Shown here piece by piece: positions 63,283 to 64,000 of a stretch of 64,000 nt of DNA. The notes beneath the pieces were generated by a model. It was not told the origin of the DNA. It saw only the letters and a list, made by a program, of their open reading frames with translations, and made no database searches. The DNA comes from Tissierellia bacterium (GTDB lineage Bacteria; Bacillota; Clostridia; Tissierellales; Peptoniphilaceae), in assembly GCA_030537875.1 (NCBI GenBank), contig JAUNVC010000006.1, forward strand, positions 614 to 64,613, given 5' to 3'. The position numbers and the translations under genes are program-made. Numbering within the stretch: the stretch's first letter is position 1; the number at the start of each line of letters is the position of its first letter.

Positions 63283-64000
63283 ACTACTTTGCTAAAAGTG
63301 AAATTGGTTGTGCTCGAAAGAATAATGAAGACTCATTTCTTGTAAGAGAAATGGGTGCCAATACTATTTATCTTATTTGTGATGGTATGGGTGGGCATAG
63401 TTCTGGAGAAGTAGCAAGTCAAATGGCAGTCCAATTTACGCAAACATGGAATCCGGATATGACGCAAATTCGAAAAGCTGACGTACAGGAGATTTTAAAA
63501 AAGCTTGTTGAGGATATCAACATTCGAATTTATTTAAAATCTAAGTCTGCTGAACAATATAATGGGATGGGTACGACTTTTTCGCTTGCAATGTTACACA
63601 AAAAGAATATTCATATTGCCCATATCGGAGACTCTCGAATTTATGGACTTGGCAAAACAATTGAATTATTGACACAGGATCACACATATTTATCGGAGCT
63701 TAAAAAAAGAGGTGTGGAGATTGAGGAGGACAAAGTTCGGGACTATCGTAAATATATTACAAGAGCAATGGGAACATCAACCATTGAGAGACCAGATTTA
63801 ATGATTTATCCTAAAAAAGCTTATGAATACCTGTTTATGTGTACGGATGGTGTTACGAACCATTTGTCCGATGAAGAGATTTTTCAAATGTATGCAACAC
63901 GTTTAGATGATAAGACATTTGTAGATCAGATTGTAAACGCCTGTCTCGAACGGGGCGGAAAAGATAATATTACATGTATATTTGCGGAGATTGGAGAATA
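63279..64000 (+). CDS. PP2C-type Ser/Thr phosphatase (Stp/PrpC); the probable stop codon straddles the window edge
   Basis: Not in the ORF track; manual translation gives RKNNED, CDGMGGH..GEVAS, GMGTT, HIGDSR, CTDG, GGKDNIT. Confidence 0.93.
   Translation, partial: MNYFAKSEIGCARKNNEDSFLVREMGANTIYLICDGMGGHSSGEVASQMAVQFTQTWNPDMTQIRKADVQEILKKLVEDINIRIYLKSKSAEQYNGMGTTFSLAMLHKKNIHIAHIGDSRIYGLGKTIELLTQDHTYLSELKKRGVEIEEDKVRDYRKYITRAMGTSTIERPDLMIYPKKAYEYLFMCTDGVTNHLSDEEIFQMYATRLDDKTFVDQIVNACLERGGKDNITCIFAEIGE

Noticed and set aside
1-64000. CRISPR arrays, IS or prophage genes, tRNA/rRNA, riboswitches
   Set aside because: Intergenic gaps are short, and I saw no repeat-spacer pattern, transposase/integrase motifs, tRNA signatures or T-box signatures by eye; an Rfam scan would be needed to exclude small RNAs.

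Overview
AT-rich, almost entirely + strand core-genome segment of an anaerobic Firmicute (Clostridia/Tissierellia-like by gene order; sporulation genes that usually sit in these clusters are missing). Gene order: PurD-PurL fusion; ppdK with a half-length PDRP; lepB-lepA-hemW-hrcA-grpE-dnaK-dnaJ-prmA-rsmE-mtaB-HIT; rpsU-yqeY; nfeD-floA-phoH-ybeY-dgkA-cdd-era-recO-glyQ*-glyS*-ppsR-dgt-dnaG-rpoD-trmK-nif3; RNase P RNA; NlpC/P60-folD; UvrD-like helicase; MBL-hemZ-aspS-tcdA-rseC; glyA; der-plsY-gpsA-...-rluD; rqcH; gmk-rpoZ-coaBC-priA-def-fmt-rsmB-rlmN-stp. I saw no mobile elements, CRISPR arrays, tRNA or rRNA. The most striking signal is an intact, translationally coupled glyQ/glyS pair whose fold and length look conserved but whose glycine, ATP and tRNA-binding motifs are nearly all replaced, which suggests a repurposed pseudo-synthetase. 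Also notable are a stand-alone C-terminal-half PPDK regulatory protein and an in-frame PurD-PurL fusion. All family assignments come from motif recognition and synteny; no database searches were run.
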